Origin: Hormoscilla sp.
GTDB lineage: Bacteria; Cyanobacteriota; Cyanobacteriia; Cyanobacteriales; Desertifilaceae
Reading direction: 5' to 3'
DNA length: 28,169 nucleotides
Assembly: GCA_051439505.1 (NCBI GenBank)
Contig: JBFRWI010000021.1
Coordinates: 1 to 28,169, forward strand
Part shown: piece by piece, positions 17,427 through 27,792 of the stretch
Position numbering within the stretch: position 1 is the first letter of the stretch
Layout of the letters: each line of letters starts with the position of its first letter
Notes under the pieces: generated by a model
Databases searched by the model: none
The model's input: only the letters and a program-made list of their open reading frames with translations
Told to the model about the DNA's origin: nothing
Translations under genes and position numbers: made by a program

Positions 17427-20400
17427 TCACTGTTCCCTGTCGCCCAGTATTATTTGACATGTTGGATGCTGCATGACTGGACCTACTGGGGTCATCTTTA
17501 CAGGATAAGCTGTCAGCACTACTGTACCATCGGGCAGCCGCACCCAACCTTGGACTTGCCTAATTTCATCTCCTGCCAGTTCTGTTACCCCTGAGTCCGA
17601 CTCTGAGGTTTCCTGGTTTGCGGGCGCGGAATGTCCAGTTTCTGAATTCTCCTCCAGAAGGTACCGCCAATCTAGCCATATTACTTTACCTGGCAACATT
17701 TCAAAAGGATGTGGCGGTATGCCTCCCCGTCCCGTGATGATAAATTCCGATCCTCGGTACTCTTCGCATCCTTTGGAAATTAGCGAAGAGGCATCTACCG
17801 GTGTTTCTGCTAGTGAGATTAATCCCCGTGCTGGATCTTCTTGGGTTTGGATTTCTACTATACCATCTACCCCCCGTTCAGATGTCGCAGTTATCTCACT
17901 TTCGTTGTCGGTAAACACTCCCGACGCCGTAATGGAGATATTACCGCCCCGGCCATCGATAGCATTGGCGCTGATGTCGCTATCATCCCTGGCCACGAGA
18001 TTTTCTGTGGAAATAGTGATATTTCCTCCCGTGGCAGTTCCCGTGGCATTAGTCGTTATCTCACTATTGTTTCGCAGTACGACAGTTGGAGCATCAATAG
18101 TAATATTTCCTTGGTCTCCGGAGGCAGTTTCGGCGCTGAGGCTGCCATTATTTAACTGGATATCATCAGCTCTCAGGTTTAACGATCCGGCAATTCCTTC
18201 TTCACTGCTAACGGTGACATCGGACCCGCCTGTTACTCGCAATTGGTTAGTGGCAATACTTATACTACCAGCGGTTCCGGTAGCGGTTGCTTCCGAAGCA
18301 ATCTTGCTGTTACTGTCGAGGGTCACTTCGGAAGCAACATCTATATTTAACTGGCCCCCTATACCCGAGTCGGTCGTAGCTGTAATCAAGGAATTGTTTT
18401 GTAGAGAGAGCGAGTCTGCAATATCTAGATCTATTTTACCATTGGCACCCGATTCATTTTGAGCGCCGAGTAAACCATCATCTAAAAAGACATTTGTTGC
18501 CGTGACTTCTAAGTTTCCTGCTTGCACGTCGCCCGTGCTTCTGACGGCTACTTCAGCGAGTTCGCCGACAAACAGTTGCTCTGTATTAATCCTCAGGAAA
18601 CCAGCTTCCCCTCTGCCCTCAGAAACAGCAAACAAGCCGCTAGGAAAAGTATTAACTATACCAATCAGTTCCACTTGCTCGCTAGCAGTAACAATCAGGT
18701 CTCCCGCATTTCCCGAGCCAAACGTACTAGCTGATATTTGTGCCCCATCGCGCACTGTCAGACGTTCAGCTTCTATTTTCAAATCGCCTCCATCCCCAGT
18801 AGCTTCTGAATTTACTTGGGTAAACAATCCGCCGACAGATAGACCGTCAAATGCGCTGCCTGTCAATTCCACCTCTCCCGCAGTCACTGTAAGGTTTCCA
18901 GCCTTTCCAGAACTAAACGTGCTCGTTGATATGCGTGCCCCATCTTGCACCAAAAGACGTCCTGTTTCTATCCTCACACTCCCCCCCTTTCCGGTGGCAG
19001 GTGGTAGAACTGCTGTACTTAACGCACTCACCCAACCGCCAGTAGATTGCCCAATCAGTTTGACTTCCTCTCTCGCAGTAACGCTAATATTTCCAGCATT
19101 TCCAGAACCCAAGGTACTCGCATCTATAGATCCTCCATCACTCACGAAAAGGCGTTCAGTTTCTATCCTTACCTCGCCTCCATCCCCGGTAGCATCTAGT
19201 ATGACGTCAGCAAACAAGCTGCTCCTCCACTTACCGTCCGCAGAAGTGCCACTCACTTCTACGTTCTCTCTAGCAGTAACAATCAGGTCTCCCGCATCTC
19301 CCGAGCCAAACGCTCTAGCTGATATCTGTCCCCCATCGCGCACAAAAAGGCGTCCAGTTTCTATCCTCACCTCGCCCCCATCCCCGGTAGCATCTAGACC
19401 GCCGTCGGCAAACAAGCTGCTCCTCCACTCACCGTCCGCAGAAGTGCCACTCACTTCTACGTTCTCCCTAGCAGTAACAATCAGGTCTCCCGCATCTCCC
19501 GAACCAAACGTTCTAACTGATATTTGTGCCCCATCGCGCACAAAAAGGCGTCCAGTTTCTATCCTCACCTCGTCCCCATCCCCGGTAGCATCTGGACCGA
19601 CGTTAGCAGACAAGCTGCTCCTCCACTCACCGTCTGCGGAAGTGCCATTCACTTCTACCACAGTTGCCGCGATCGCCGTAATATCTCCCGCCTTTCCCGA
19701 ACCCCAGGTCCCCGTATTTATCAGTGCTCCATCACTGACTGTCAAGCGTTCAGTTTCTATCCTCACCTCGCCCCCATCCCCGGTGGCATCTGGTTTGACG
19801 TTAGCAAACAAGCTGCTCCTCCACTCACCGTTCGCAGAAGTGCCACTCACTTCTACCGCAGTTGCCGCGATCGCGGTAATATCACCTGCCTTTCCTTCAC
19901 CAAAGGTACTAGCATTTATCTGGGCCCCATCACGCACCGAAAGACGTTCAGTTTCTATCCTCACATCGCCCCCATCTCCGGTAGCATCTGGACCGACTGA
20001 AGTGAACAAGCTGCTTGTCCACTGCTCGTCAGCAGAAGTGCCACTCACGTCTACCGCAGTTGTCGCTATCGCAGTAATATCTCCCGCCTTCCCTTCCCCA
20101 AATGTCATCGTATTTATCTGGGCCCCATTACGCACAAAAAGGCGATCGCTTTCGATGCGCACATTACCTCCATCCCCGATAGCATCTGGACCGACTACAG
20201 CAGACAACTTGCTCTGATTTTGACCGTCAGCGGAGGTGCCACTTACTTCTACCACAGTTGCGGCGATCGCGGTAATATCTCCCGCCTTCCCTTCCCCAAA
20301 TGTCGTCGTATTTATCTCTGCTCCATTACACACCGTTAGGCGATCGGTCTCTACAAGCACATTACCTCCATCTCCGGTAGTAGCACGAGCAAACAAACCG

Positions 20401-23400
20401 CTATCGACCGAACCGTTTGTCGCGCCCATTAATTCGACAGCCGTTGGTGCGATAATGGTAATATCTCCCGCATTTCCCGGACCCTCGGCATTGGTCACTA
20501 TCTGCCCTCCGTCCCGCACCGTCAGACGATCGGTCTCTACAAGCACCGAACCTCCATCTCCTGTTGCTAAGAAATTGACTTCCGCCGATATTTCACTTTC
20601 CTGCTGGCCGTCAACTGATGTGCCACTCACTTCCACCGCCTCCCTAGAGCGCACGATAATATCTCCTACATTCGCTTCCCCCACCGCTTGTGATGATAAT
20701 CTGGCGCCGCCGCTAACCGTCAGGCGATCGCTTTCGAGCGTCAAATTACTCCCCCCACCCGTACTATCGCCAACATTAGATACTCCCAAGCTACTAATAG
20801 ACGAACCATCAGCGGAAGTCCCGCTTAACGACACCTCACTGGAGCGCAGCATTAAATCTCCAGCTTTACCCAAGCCCAGCATATCTAATGATACCATGGC
20901 CCCGTCGCCGATTGTCAGGCGATCGCTTTCGATCGTCAAATCACCCCCCCTACCCCTACTATCGCTAGCATTAAATACGCGCAACCTACTAACAGAGGAG
21001 CCATCAGCGGAAGTCCCGCTTAACGACACCGCCTCGCTAGCACTTACCATCAAGTCTCCGACTTTGCCCGCACCCAATGAATTCGTACTTATCCAGGCAC
21101 CGTCCCGCACCGTCACAGATCCAGTAGAAATGGTTAAATTGCCCCCATCCCCGGTGGCATCCGGTCCGACGTCAGCACTCAACATACTTTGCTGACCATC
21201 AGCGGAAGTACCGATCGCTTCTACTACGGCGGCGTCGAAGTCTGTCAATGCTTGCACCGTCAGGTCTCCACCCTTGCCTTCGCCAAAGGTAAGTGTAAAT
21301 ACCTGTGCCCCATCGCCGATTGTCAGGCGATCGGTCAAGAGCGTCAAATTGCCCCCATCTGTACTATCGCTAAGGGTGAGTAAGCTACTAACAGAGAAGC
21401 CATCAGCGGAAGTGCCGCTTAACGACACTTCACTAGAACGTACCATCAAGTCTCCAGCTTTACCCGAGCCTAATGAACTCGTATCTATCCACGCACCGTC
21501 GCGCACCGTCAGGGATCCGGTAGAAATGGTTAAATTGCCCCCATCCCCGGTGGCATCCAGTCCGACGTCAGCACTCAACATACTTTGCTGACCATCAGCG
21601 GAAGTACCGATCGCTTCTACTACGGCGGCGTCGAAGTCTGTCAATGCTTGCACCGTCAGGTCTCCACCCTTGCCAGGGCCGATCGTATTTGTGAATACCT
21701 GTGCCCCATCGCCGATCGTTAGCCGTTCTGTACAGATAGTCAAATCTCCGCCATTCCCCTCGGATGTTAGGGAACCCAAAGAGCTGAAACTGCCCGACAG
21801 TGAGGTTCCCCTCACTTCTACCTCCGTGGCGTTGACTGTCAAGTCTCCACCATTCCCAGCACCAAGGGTAGTTACTAATACCCCTGCCCCATTGCCGATC
21901 GTTAGCCGTTCTGTTTCTATGGTTAAATTGCCCCCATTCCCAGTAGCTTCCTCTCCTATTACACTTGTGGCCAAACCGCTAGTAGGCTGACCTACCTCCA
22001 ACGGACCAATTGCCTCTACTGAGGTTGCATCTATGTAAATATTTCCGCCATTCCCAGCGCCCGAGGTTGCAACTACTACGTTCCCACTCAGACTCAGGCG
22101 GTTGGCTTCTATCCTCAGGTCGCCTCCCTGGGTTCCAGCTACTGTAGTACCACTCCTGCTGTCGATGGTGCCCTCGACAATAGAGATATCTGCTGCGCTG
22201 ACCAGATCGATTTTACCTCCCAATTGACCGGAAGTTATGATGCCAGAACCGGGGTTCAAAGTAATATTTCCTCCCGCCCCTAGACTCACCTCCCCACCAT
22301 TACCAGAAACACCAGAGGTATCAATTACCTCGTTGAGAACGATATCGCCAGCAGCGTCAATTCTTATTTCTCCCCCGCCACCGGAAAGAGATGCTGCATT
22401 CAGGTTACCTGCGGTAATCTTACCATTTGTTGCAGTCAAGCCGATCGCCCCGCTATTGCTCGGAACTGTATTATCAATAACTTCTGCAAAAGTAGCTGAT
22501 GGCCCAGAAACTCCTGTGAGAGTAATAGTATAGTCTCCCAGATCGGATCCTAGTACATTCTCCCAGCCAACTAGCGGTAACGCACCCCCCGCACCTGTTG
22601 GTTCTAATACGCTGTCAAAATTGCCTCTCATAATTTCTCCCGACTCGCTGATGGGGTTAACGCCATATACGTTAATTCCCAGATAATATATTCCCGGTGC
22701 GGTTGGAGTCAGAGGATCTCCCGCTGGCAGGGTTGATTGAGCGCAATTGCATGCCTCTCTGTTATCATCGTTTCCATAGACCCCCAACCCGGAGCGATCG
22801 AACAGGAATAACTGCGTGTCTACATTACTCCCATCAATGGTCGTAGCGCTAAAGGTTCCCTCTCCTGTTAAGTATATTTGGTACAGGTCAACATCCGAAG
22901 CAGTTGATAAGTTTCCAGATATATTTTCTAACCGTTCTCCGGGTCTGGTACTGACTACCGCTGCCGTAGTGAGCAATTCTCCCGCCCCATCAGGTGCTGA
23001 TAACGATGTATCGATATTCCCCAAAGTTAAACTTGCACCAGTAATGGCAATATTCCGACCATTAGTATTAATAGTATCCGCCTGGTCTTCCATGGAGAAG
23101 TCTCCCGCACCATCTCTATCGGCATCGGCGATGAATGTTATGTCTCCCGTTCCCCTTGCTAAGGAAAGAGAATTATCCTCCAAATCTGCTACCGTAATAT
23201 CATTTGTCGCCTGCAATATTACATTAGCATCCCCCGATAACCCCTCCAACTGCGACTCATATAAAGTCACGTCTTCTCCTGAAGTTCCGTTGAAAATATC
23301 TTCCGCGATACTTTCAGCATCTTCTACTTCCATAAATGGGGAACCGTTGGCAATAATAATATTCCTCGGGTCTAGCAGTAAAGTCCCGGGGTTACCCAGG

Positions 23401-24371
23401 GCCGCCGTTGTATCCACATCCCCGCGAAAAATGAGTTTTTCGCCTCCCGAAACTTCCACAAACCCCCCATCTCCCCCATCCAGGCCACCACGGGCGCTAA
23501 TATCCCCATAGAAACCTGTCACTTCCGAAGCCCAGACTATGACATTCCCGCCATCTCCTGTCGAAGCGGCATCTGCTGAAATAGTTACATCCGGTCCGAT
23601 ATAAGTCCTCCCTGCTGTCCGCATATTCCCCCGTCCCTGAAGGAAACCCCCGATGAAAACATTACCGCCCCCCGTGGGAGAAGATACATCTATGCTGGCA
23701 TCATCTAATAAACCGATCCGTTCTCCCAGCACCATAACCGTTCCCCCTGGTGCCGTCAGACTGCCACTATTTCTTACCTCCCCGCCATGCAGCACCAAAG
23801 TTGAACCGGTTCCTACTGCTAAGTTACCCCGGTTATTCAGTCTCGCCATATGGTTCGCCAGCGCGTTATGGAATAATGCCTCAGGTTGCACGTGCAGTAA
23901 CTTCGATGGATCCAAGTCTGTGGCGCTGAACAGTCCATTTTCTCCTAGTTTTATGCCATCACCTGTGGTGGCGAAGAAGGAACCGCTGATATCTAACCTG
24001 GCAGAACGACCGAATACTATCCCCGCAGGGTTGATGAGAAATAGGTTGGCATCTCCCAATATTCCCAAGGTGCCCATTATATTGCTCTGGTTTCCACCGG
24101 TTACCCGCGTTAATATATTTTGGATAGCAGGGGGGTTGGCGAAATAGACGCTGCGACCCACATCCACGTTAAATTCCCCAAAGCTGTGGAACAGGTTACT
24201 TCCCCGGACTGCGCCGCCGTCTATCCTGTCTGTGCTTTGGTTTACTGGAGTTACGACTGAACTTTCGGCCCCTAAGCTGCTGTCTGGTGTCAACTGTGCC
24301 CATCCTGGCGCTACCGGTGCGATCGCCAATGGGAATGTCGCGATATAAAGAAATGAAGTCAGTTTCATCAT
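17427..24371 (-). CDS. Filamentous hemagglutinin-like (TpsA) beta-helical exoprotein, about 2310 aa
   Basis: Signal peptide ending GWA|Q; TPS domain motifs NLFHSF, RVTGG and LFLINPAGIVFG; many G.GG.L.I.T.RL.V.DGA repeats; C-terminal FIITGRGGIPP and QGW motifs. Alternative starts at 24413 and 24368. Confidence 0.93.
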   Translation of the reverse strand: MMKLTSFLYIATFPLAIAPVAPGWAQLTPDSSLGAESSVVTPVNQSTDRIDGGAVRGSNLFHSFGEFNVDVGRSVYFANPPAIQNILTRVTGGNQSNIMGTLGILGDANLFLINPAGIVFGRSARLDISGSFFATTGDGIKLGENGLFSATDLDPSKLLHVQPEALFHNALANHMARLNNRGNLAVGTGSTLVLHGGEVRNSGSLTAPGGTVMVLGERIGLLDDASIDVSSPTGGGNVFIGGFLQGRGNMRTAGRTYIGPDVTISADAASTGDGGNVIVWASEVTGFYGDISARGGLDGGDGGFVEVSGGEKLIFRGDVDTTAALGNPGTLLLDPRNIIIANGSPFMEVEDAESIAEDIFNGTSGEDVTLYESQLEGLSGDANVILQATNDITVADLEDNSLSLARGTGDITFIADADRDGAGDFSMEDQADTINTNGRNIAITGASLTLGNIDTSLSAPDGAGELLTTAAVVSTRPGERLENISGNLSTASDVDLYQIYLTGEGTFSATTIDGSNVDTQLFLFDRSGLGVYGNDDNREACNCAQSTLPAGDPLTPTAPGIYYLGINVYGVNPISESGEIMRGNFDSVLEPTGAGGALPLVGWENVLGSDLGDYTITLTGVSGPSATFAEVIDNTVPSNSGAIGLTATNGKITAGNLNAASLSGGGGEIRIDAAGDIVLNEVIDTSGVSGNGGEVSLGAGGNITLNPGSGIITSGQLGGKIDLVSAADISIVEGTIDSRSGTTVAGTQGGDLRIEANRLSLSGNVVVATSGAGNGGNIYIDATSVEAIGPLEVGQPTSGLATSVIGEEATGNGGNLTIETERLTIGNGAGVLVTTLGAGNGGDLTVNATEVEVRGTSLSGSFSSLGSLTSEGNGGDLTICTERLTIGDGAQVFTNTIGPGKGGDLTVQALTDFDAAVVEAIGTSADGQQSMLSADVGLDATGDGGNLTISTGSLTVRDGAWIDTSSLGSGKAGDLMVRSSEVSLSGTSADGFSVSSLLTLSDSTDGGNLTLLTDRLTIGDGAQVFTLTFGEGKGGDLTVQALTDFDAAVVEAIGTSADGQQSMLSADVGPDATGDGGNLTISTGSVTVRDGAWISTNSLGAGKVGDLMVSASEAVSLSGTSADGSSVSRLRVFNASDSRGRGGDLTIESDRLTIGDGAMVSLDMLGLGKAGDLMLRSSEVSLSGTSADGSSISSLGVSNVGDSTGGGSNLTLESDRLTVSGGARLSSQAVGEANVGDIIVRSREAVEVSGTSVDGQQESEISAEVNFLATGDGGSVLVETDRLTVRDGGQIVTNAEGPGNAGDITIIAPTAVELMGATNGSVDSGLFARATTGDGGNVLVETDRLTVCNGAEINTTTFGEGKAGDITAIAATVVEVSGTSADGQNQSKLSAVVGPDAIGDGGNVRIESDRLFVRNGAQINTMTFGEGKAGDITAIATTAVDVSGTSADEQWTSSLFTSVGPDATGDGGDVRIETERLSVRDGAQINASTFGEGKAGDITAIAATAVEVSGTSANGEWRSSLFANVKPDATGDGGEVRIETERLTVSDGALINTGTWGSGKAGDITAIAATVVEVNGTSADGEWRSSLSANVGPDATGDGDEVRIETGRLFVRDGAQISVRTFGSGDAGDLIVTARENVEVSGTSADGEWRSSLFADGGLDATGDGGEVRIETGRLFVRDGGQISARAFGSGDAGDLIVTARENVEVSGTSADGKWRSSLFADVILDATGDGGEVRIETERLFVSDGGSIDASTLGSGNAGNISVTAREEVKLIGQSTGGWVSALSTAVLPPATGKGGSVRIETGRLLVQDGARISTSTFSSGKAGNLTVTAGEVELTGSAFDGLSVGGLFTQVNSEATGDGGDLKIEAERLTVRDGAQISASTFGSGNAGDLIVTASEQVELIGIVNTFPSGLFAVSEGRGEAGFLRINTEQLFVGELAEVAVRSTGDVQAGNLEVTATNVFLDDGLLGAQNESGANGKIDLDIADSLSLQNNSLITATTDSGIGGQLNIDVASEVTLDSNSKIASEATATGTAGSISIATNQLRVTGGSDVTVSSEEGIAGSLNLRADDIQLNNGSLSAETASGDQGNITIDAPTVVLRNNSEITTNATGTATGGNITISTENLVARDDSDISANAIDGRGGNISITASGVFTDNESEITATSERGVDGIVEIQTQEDPARGLISLAETPVDASSLISKGCEEYRGSEFIITGRGGIPPHPFEMLPGKVIWLDWRYLLEENSETGHSAPANQETSESDSGVTELAGDEIRQVQGWVRLPDGTVVLTAYPVKMTPVGPVMQHPTCQIILGDREQ
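19140..20330. repeat. Six intragenic 198-bp (66-aa) tandem repeats in the FHA gene
   Basis: An anchor resembling CAAACAAGCT recurs at 19211, 19409, 19607, 19805, 20003 and 20201. Confidence 0.9.
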
Positions 24372-24628
24372 CGCCTTTTTCCTCGCCGTTTGGTGCTGTA
24401 GCTTTACTCCCAAGGGCCGAACTGGCTCGGATGCATTTCATTTTTGCCAAAACACGCTCGCTCCCAGGCTGAAACCCTTATTCTCTCGTTACCTGAGTTA
24501 TCTCTTTACTTTTCTGGGATGCACCCGCTAGCTTGCGGTCCTTTTTTTATCTTATCGCAGGATGTTCCCGGACGATCGCTGTTTGGATGATTTTTTTGTT
24601 AATTTTTGTTACTATCTGACCTCCTCCA

Positions 24629-24704
24629 CCATTGGCGGGGTGTGGTCAAAACTTGTTGGTTGTTGTTGGCCACACCCGCTAATGGTGGGCGGTGCCCACC
24701 CTAC
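24629..24704. repeat. About 20-bp imperfect inverted repeat plus a REP hairpin (24684-24704) downstream of CHAT paralog 2
   Basis: CCATTGGCGGGGTGTGGTCAA ... TTGGCCACACCCGCTAATGG; GGTGGGCGGTGCCCACCCTAC is identical to the 4141/4171 copies. Confidence 0.75.
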
Positions 24705-24780
24705 TAATACTCGCTCCCGACAACCTATATCTTTAACCGGGAAGTATTGGGGCGGCAGGAAGCTTTGCGGACTCGCTATT

Positions 24781-27408
24781 TTACAGCCAATTTCCCACCA
24801 TGACGTAGGGGGCCCAATAATAAGGACTTGCAAACTTCTGCTGCTTTAATAAACTAACTTGAGCCCGTCGGAGGGCTTCAGCTTTGCTCGTCCCGGGTTT
24901 CGCTAATTCCTGATAAAATTCGATCATCAATGTCGCTGTCGATTCGTCGCTCACTTTCCATAATGTTGCTAGGGTACTCCGCGCCCCCGCACGTACCGCT
25001 ACCCCTGCTAACCCTAATGCTGCCCGTTCGTCCCCTTTTGCCGTCTCGCAGGCACTGAATACTAGCAACTCTATTGGTTGGGAACTTTGTTCTCCTCGCC
25101 GGCGCAGGAAAATGTCTAACTCCTTGACATCGATCGGGCGATCGTATGCGAGAATAAAGGTATCTTCGGCTTGAGAACTGAACTGACCGTGGGTAGCAAT
25201 ATGGACGACGGGAAAGGGAGATTCGTTAATTTGACTTTGCAGGGCGGCACTCGTAAAATCTTGATTTAAGAGTAACTGAGTTGCCTGAATTTGCTGTAAG
25301 ATTTGGTTTAATTCTACCTCAACGTTTGGTAAGGGGGAAAAATTATGGCGGGCTTCTGATAAGCCTGCGCTCAGGACTCCTATTTGTTGCCTGGTCAGGG
25401 GTTGGGCTTCAATTAGTTGCAGTCCCGGGACCAGGGCAATGCCGTATTTTTCGATTAAATACTGCTGTCCGTCGTGCAGCACCGCCATGGGAATGTTCCG
25501 CAGCAAACCGTCCAGGACAAATACTAAGGTTTTTACCTCTTGCTGTTGTAGTTCTGCTTCGATCGGACGAATAACCCAGTCATATACTTGTTGAGAAAGA
25601 GGCAATATTCGCCGATTGAATCTGATGAATCTCCGGTTTCCTAAATTTTGCCGCAGTTTGCGTAAGGTGTCTTCTACTTCCCGTTTCGGAACGGCAGTGC
25701 TGTAGTGCCGCAGCTTTCCTCCCGGCAAGGTGACGATCGCATCTACGCGGTCTGATAAAATAATCCCATAGATGCTAGCAGCCTGGGGGTCAATTTCATC
25801 AATGGACAGGGTTTGGGCATCCAAGCAAGCTTCCCGGAAGAAGTTATCTAGTTCTGCCAACTGCAAAGACTCGATAACTTGACGGGCTTGCAGGAGATTT
25901 TTCTGAGAAGGTTGGACTCCCTTGTCTGTGGTTAACAGCAACTCTACGAACTCCCGATATACGGGTTCCACGCTTTCGCGAAAGCTAAACTGAAAGTCAG
26001 GATTATCGGGATTAATAGCTACTAAATCCGTGCGCAAGGACTTGAGATTTTCGTAAGCTATCTGATAAGCTGCGGTGGCCTCAGAATCTTTTCCTTGGGC
26101 TTTCAGGATCCTTCCTAACTGCCATTGCCACCGATAGCTGATATCCGCTGCTTGGATAGTTTGGGCTTTCCCTAAACCTTGCTTGGTCAGTTCTTCTGCT
26201 TCCGACCATCGCCCAGCAGAGGCGTACAATTCCCCTAGCTTTCCTAAAGCATAGGATGATGCCCGATCGTCTTTTAAACTTTCCCCTTGTTTGATGGCCG
26301 AGGCTAACAACTGAGCAATCTTTCCCTGAGAAGCAAGGTTTTCAACGCCCTTCGACTGAGTTGTTTGCCAAAGAATTTCGGCAAACTTGCTGCGGGCATA
26401 AATGCTGCGGCGACTTGCAGGTAACTGCAATAGCTGACTTTCGATCTCGGATAATAATTCCTTCCCTTGACCCAATTCCCGGGTTTCTACTAATAGGTCG
26501 AGCAAGTTTAATTGCGCTTCTACTCGCTGTATGCTGACCTGGGAGAGATTCCCTGCTTGCTGATAGGCTGATAATGCTGCTTGCCGTTGGGCCTGGGCCT
26601 GTTTGCGATCGCCATCGTTTTCTGCCCTTTGGGAGAGGGCCAGGGCCGTATTCCCCATGCTCAAGTAAACCGTAGCAGTGGCTGTTGGCACTTCCAATTC
26701 TTCTGCTATAGTTAAACTCTGCTGCAACAGTTTCTGGGATTCCTCCAACTCCCCGATCGCGCGCAAGGCATTGGACAAACTCAGCAATCCCATTAACTTT
26801 ACCATAGATGGGGGTTGATTTTCCAGGGATATTTCTACTGCTTTTAGGGTCTTTTTTGCTTTTAGGTACATCCCCAAAGCTTGCAGGGCCTGGGCTTGGT
26901 TAATCTGAGTGCCGATAACTCCCTGCATGTCCCCTGCTTGGCGGTAATAGCTAGCCGTTTTGGCCCATGTTTCTACCGCCTTTGCCGATTTTCCCAGTCC
27001 TAATTCTAGATTGCCTTTAGCATTGAGGACGGTGGCCATAATCTGGGGAGATTTTTTCTCCTGTAATAATGATAGACTATTGGCGATCGCCGATTCCGCT
27101 TCCTGCCACCGTCCCAATTTTTGATAAGCTAAGGAGAGATAGCTTCCGGTTAATGCTTGATTTAACCCGTCACCTTTGGCTTCTAGGCTACTGGCGGCCC
27201 GTTCCCAAACCCGCGCAGCTTCCGAAAACCTTTGGGCATCAAATGATTGCTTGCCTTGCTTTAACAGGGCAATATCTGTAGATTGCACGGTAGGGTGGGC
27301 ATCGCCCACCGTTCCTGGGTGTGGTATTGGCCTCGGGGCCTGCTGGGCTTGGGCCGGTAAGGCATTGCTTATCAGCACAATAGATAGAATTTGTAACCAC
27401 AATAACAT
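24781..27408 (-). CDS. Exported TPR + CHAT-domain protease, paralog 2
   Basis: 875 aa, colinear with 14008-16635. Has HIATHG, FSACETA and signal-peptide-like MLLWLQILSIVLISNALPAQA. Confidence 0.93.
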   Translation of the reverse strand: MLLWLQILSIVLISNALPAQAQQAPRPIPHPGTVGDAHPTVQSTDIALLKQGKQSFDAQRFSEAARVWERAASSLEAKGDGLNQALTGSYLSLAYQKLGRWQEAESAIANSLSLLQEKKSPQIMATVLNAKGNLELGLGKSAKAVETWAKTASYYRQAGDMQGVIGTQINQAQALQALGMYLKAKKTLKAVEISLENQPPSMVKLMGLLSLSNALRAIGELEESQKLLQQSLTIAEELEVPTATATVYLSMGNTALALSQRAENDGDRKQAQAQRQAALSAYQQAGNLSQVSIQRVEAQLNLLDLLVETRELGQGKELLSEIESQLLQLPASRRSIYARSKFAEILWQTTQSKGVENLASQGKIAQLLASAIKQGESLKDDRASSYALGKLGELYASAGRWSEAEELTKQGLGKAQTIQAADISYRWQWQLGRILKAQGKDSEATAAYQIAYENLKSLRTDLVAINPDNPDFQFSFRESVEPVYREFVELLLTTDKGVQPSQKNLLQARQVIESLQLAELDNFFREACLDAQTLSIDEIDPQAASIYGIILSDRVDAIVTLPGGKLRHYSTAVPKREVEDTLRKLRQNLGNRRFIRFNRRILPLSQQVYDWVIRPIEAELQQQEVKTLVFVLDGLLRNIPMAVLHDGQQYLIEKYGIALVPGLQLIEAQPLTRQQIGVLSAGLSEARHNFSPLPNVEVELNQILQQIQATQLLLNQDFTSAALQSQINESPFPVVHIATHGQFSSQAEDTFILAYDRPIDVKELDIFLRRRGEQSSQPIELLVFSACETAKGDERAALGLAGVAVRAGARSTLATLWKVSDESTATLMIEFYQELAKPGTSKAEALRRAQVSLLKQQKFASPYYWAPYVMVGNWL

Positions 27409-27533
27409 TGATAAAGTCCCCCATTATAATTTTAGATCGTTCGCCATTTCCCTCGTTCCCAGGGTCTCCCTGGGAACGAACCCTCTGAGGCTCTGCCTCT
27501 TGTGCCATATTAATTTTAGATTATTTTGTTTCC

Positions 27534-27763
27534 CTCCTCGCGTCCCGGGGCGATCGGGCGGGGGTTGAGAAACCGGGTTTCTTTGACTTTTCCTGCCGCT
27601 AGTAGCATAAATTATCACAGAAACCCGGTTTCTTGTCTCCTCGCATACGGGGGCGATCGCGGTTGGTGCTAGAAACCGGGTTTCTTTTACCGTAACTGCC
27701 GCTAGTAGCATAAATTTTCACAGAAACCCGGTTTCTTGTCTCTTCGCAGACGGGGCCGATCGC
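27534..27763. repeat. Tandem units of about 103 bp, each with inverted AGAAACCGGGTTTCT/AGAAACCCGGTTTCT palindromes (BIME/REPIN-like)
   Basis: Units start at 27568 and 27671; degenerate copies of the palindrome occur at 17390-17422. Confidence 0.85.
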
Positions 27764-27792
27764 CCCCTGCATCATCAACCTAGTTTCGCCCA

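Noticed and set aside
17719..24147. Long plus-strand ORFs (for example 18502-20217, 571 aa)
   Set aside because: These are antisense shadows of the repetitive Gly/Thr/Asp-rich FHA gene, giving Ser/Pro-rich translations with no motifs.
17427..24371. CDI (CdiA) polymorphic toxin with hicB as immunity gene
   Set aside because: No VENN-like motif is seen, the C-terminus is conserved between the two FHA paralogs instead of being polymorphic, and the downstream small genes form a self-contained HicBA pair.
24467..24530. Possible IS/MITE end (GGGATGCACCC; similar GGGTGCATCTC at about 9764)
   Set aside because: The matches are short, with no paired terminal repeat, target duplication or transposase, so support is insufficient.
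27534..27763. Four palindromic AGAAACC(G/C)GGTTTCT motifs spaced like a mini CRISPR array
   Set aside because: The intervening sequences are themselves repeated, the motifs alternate in orientation and are only 15 bp, and no cas genes are present. This fits a BIME/REPIN-like repeat.
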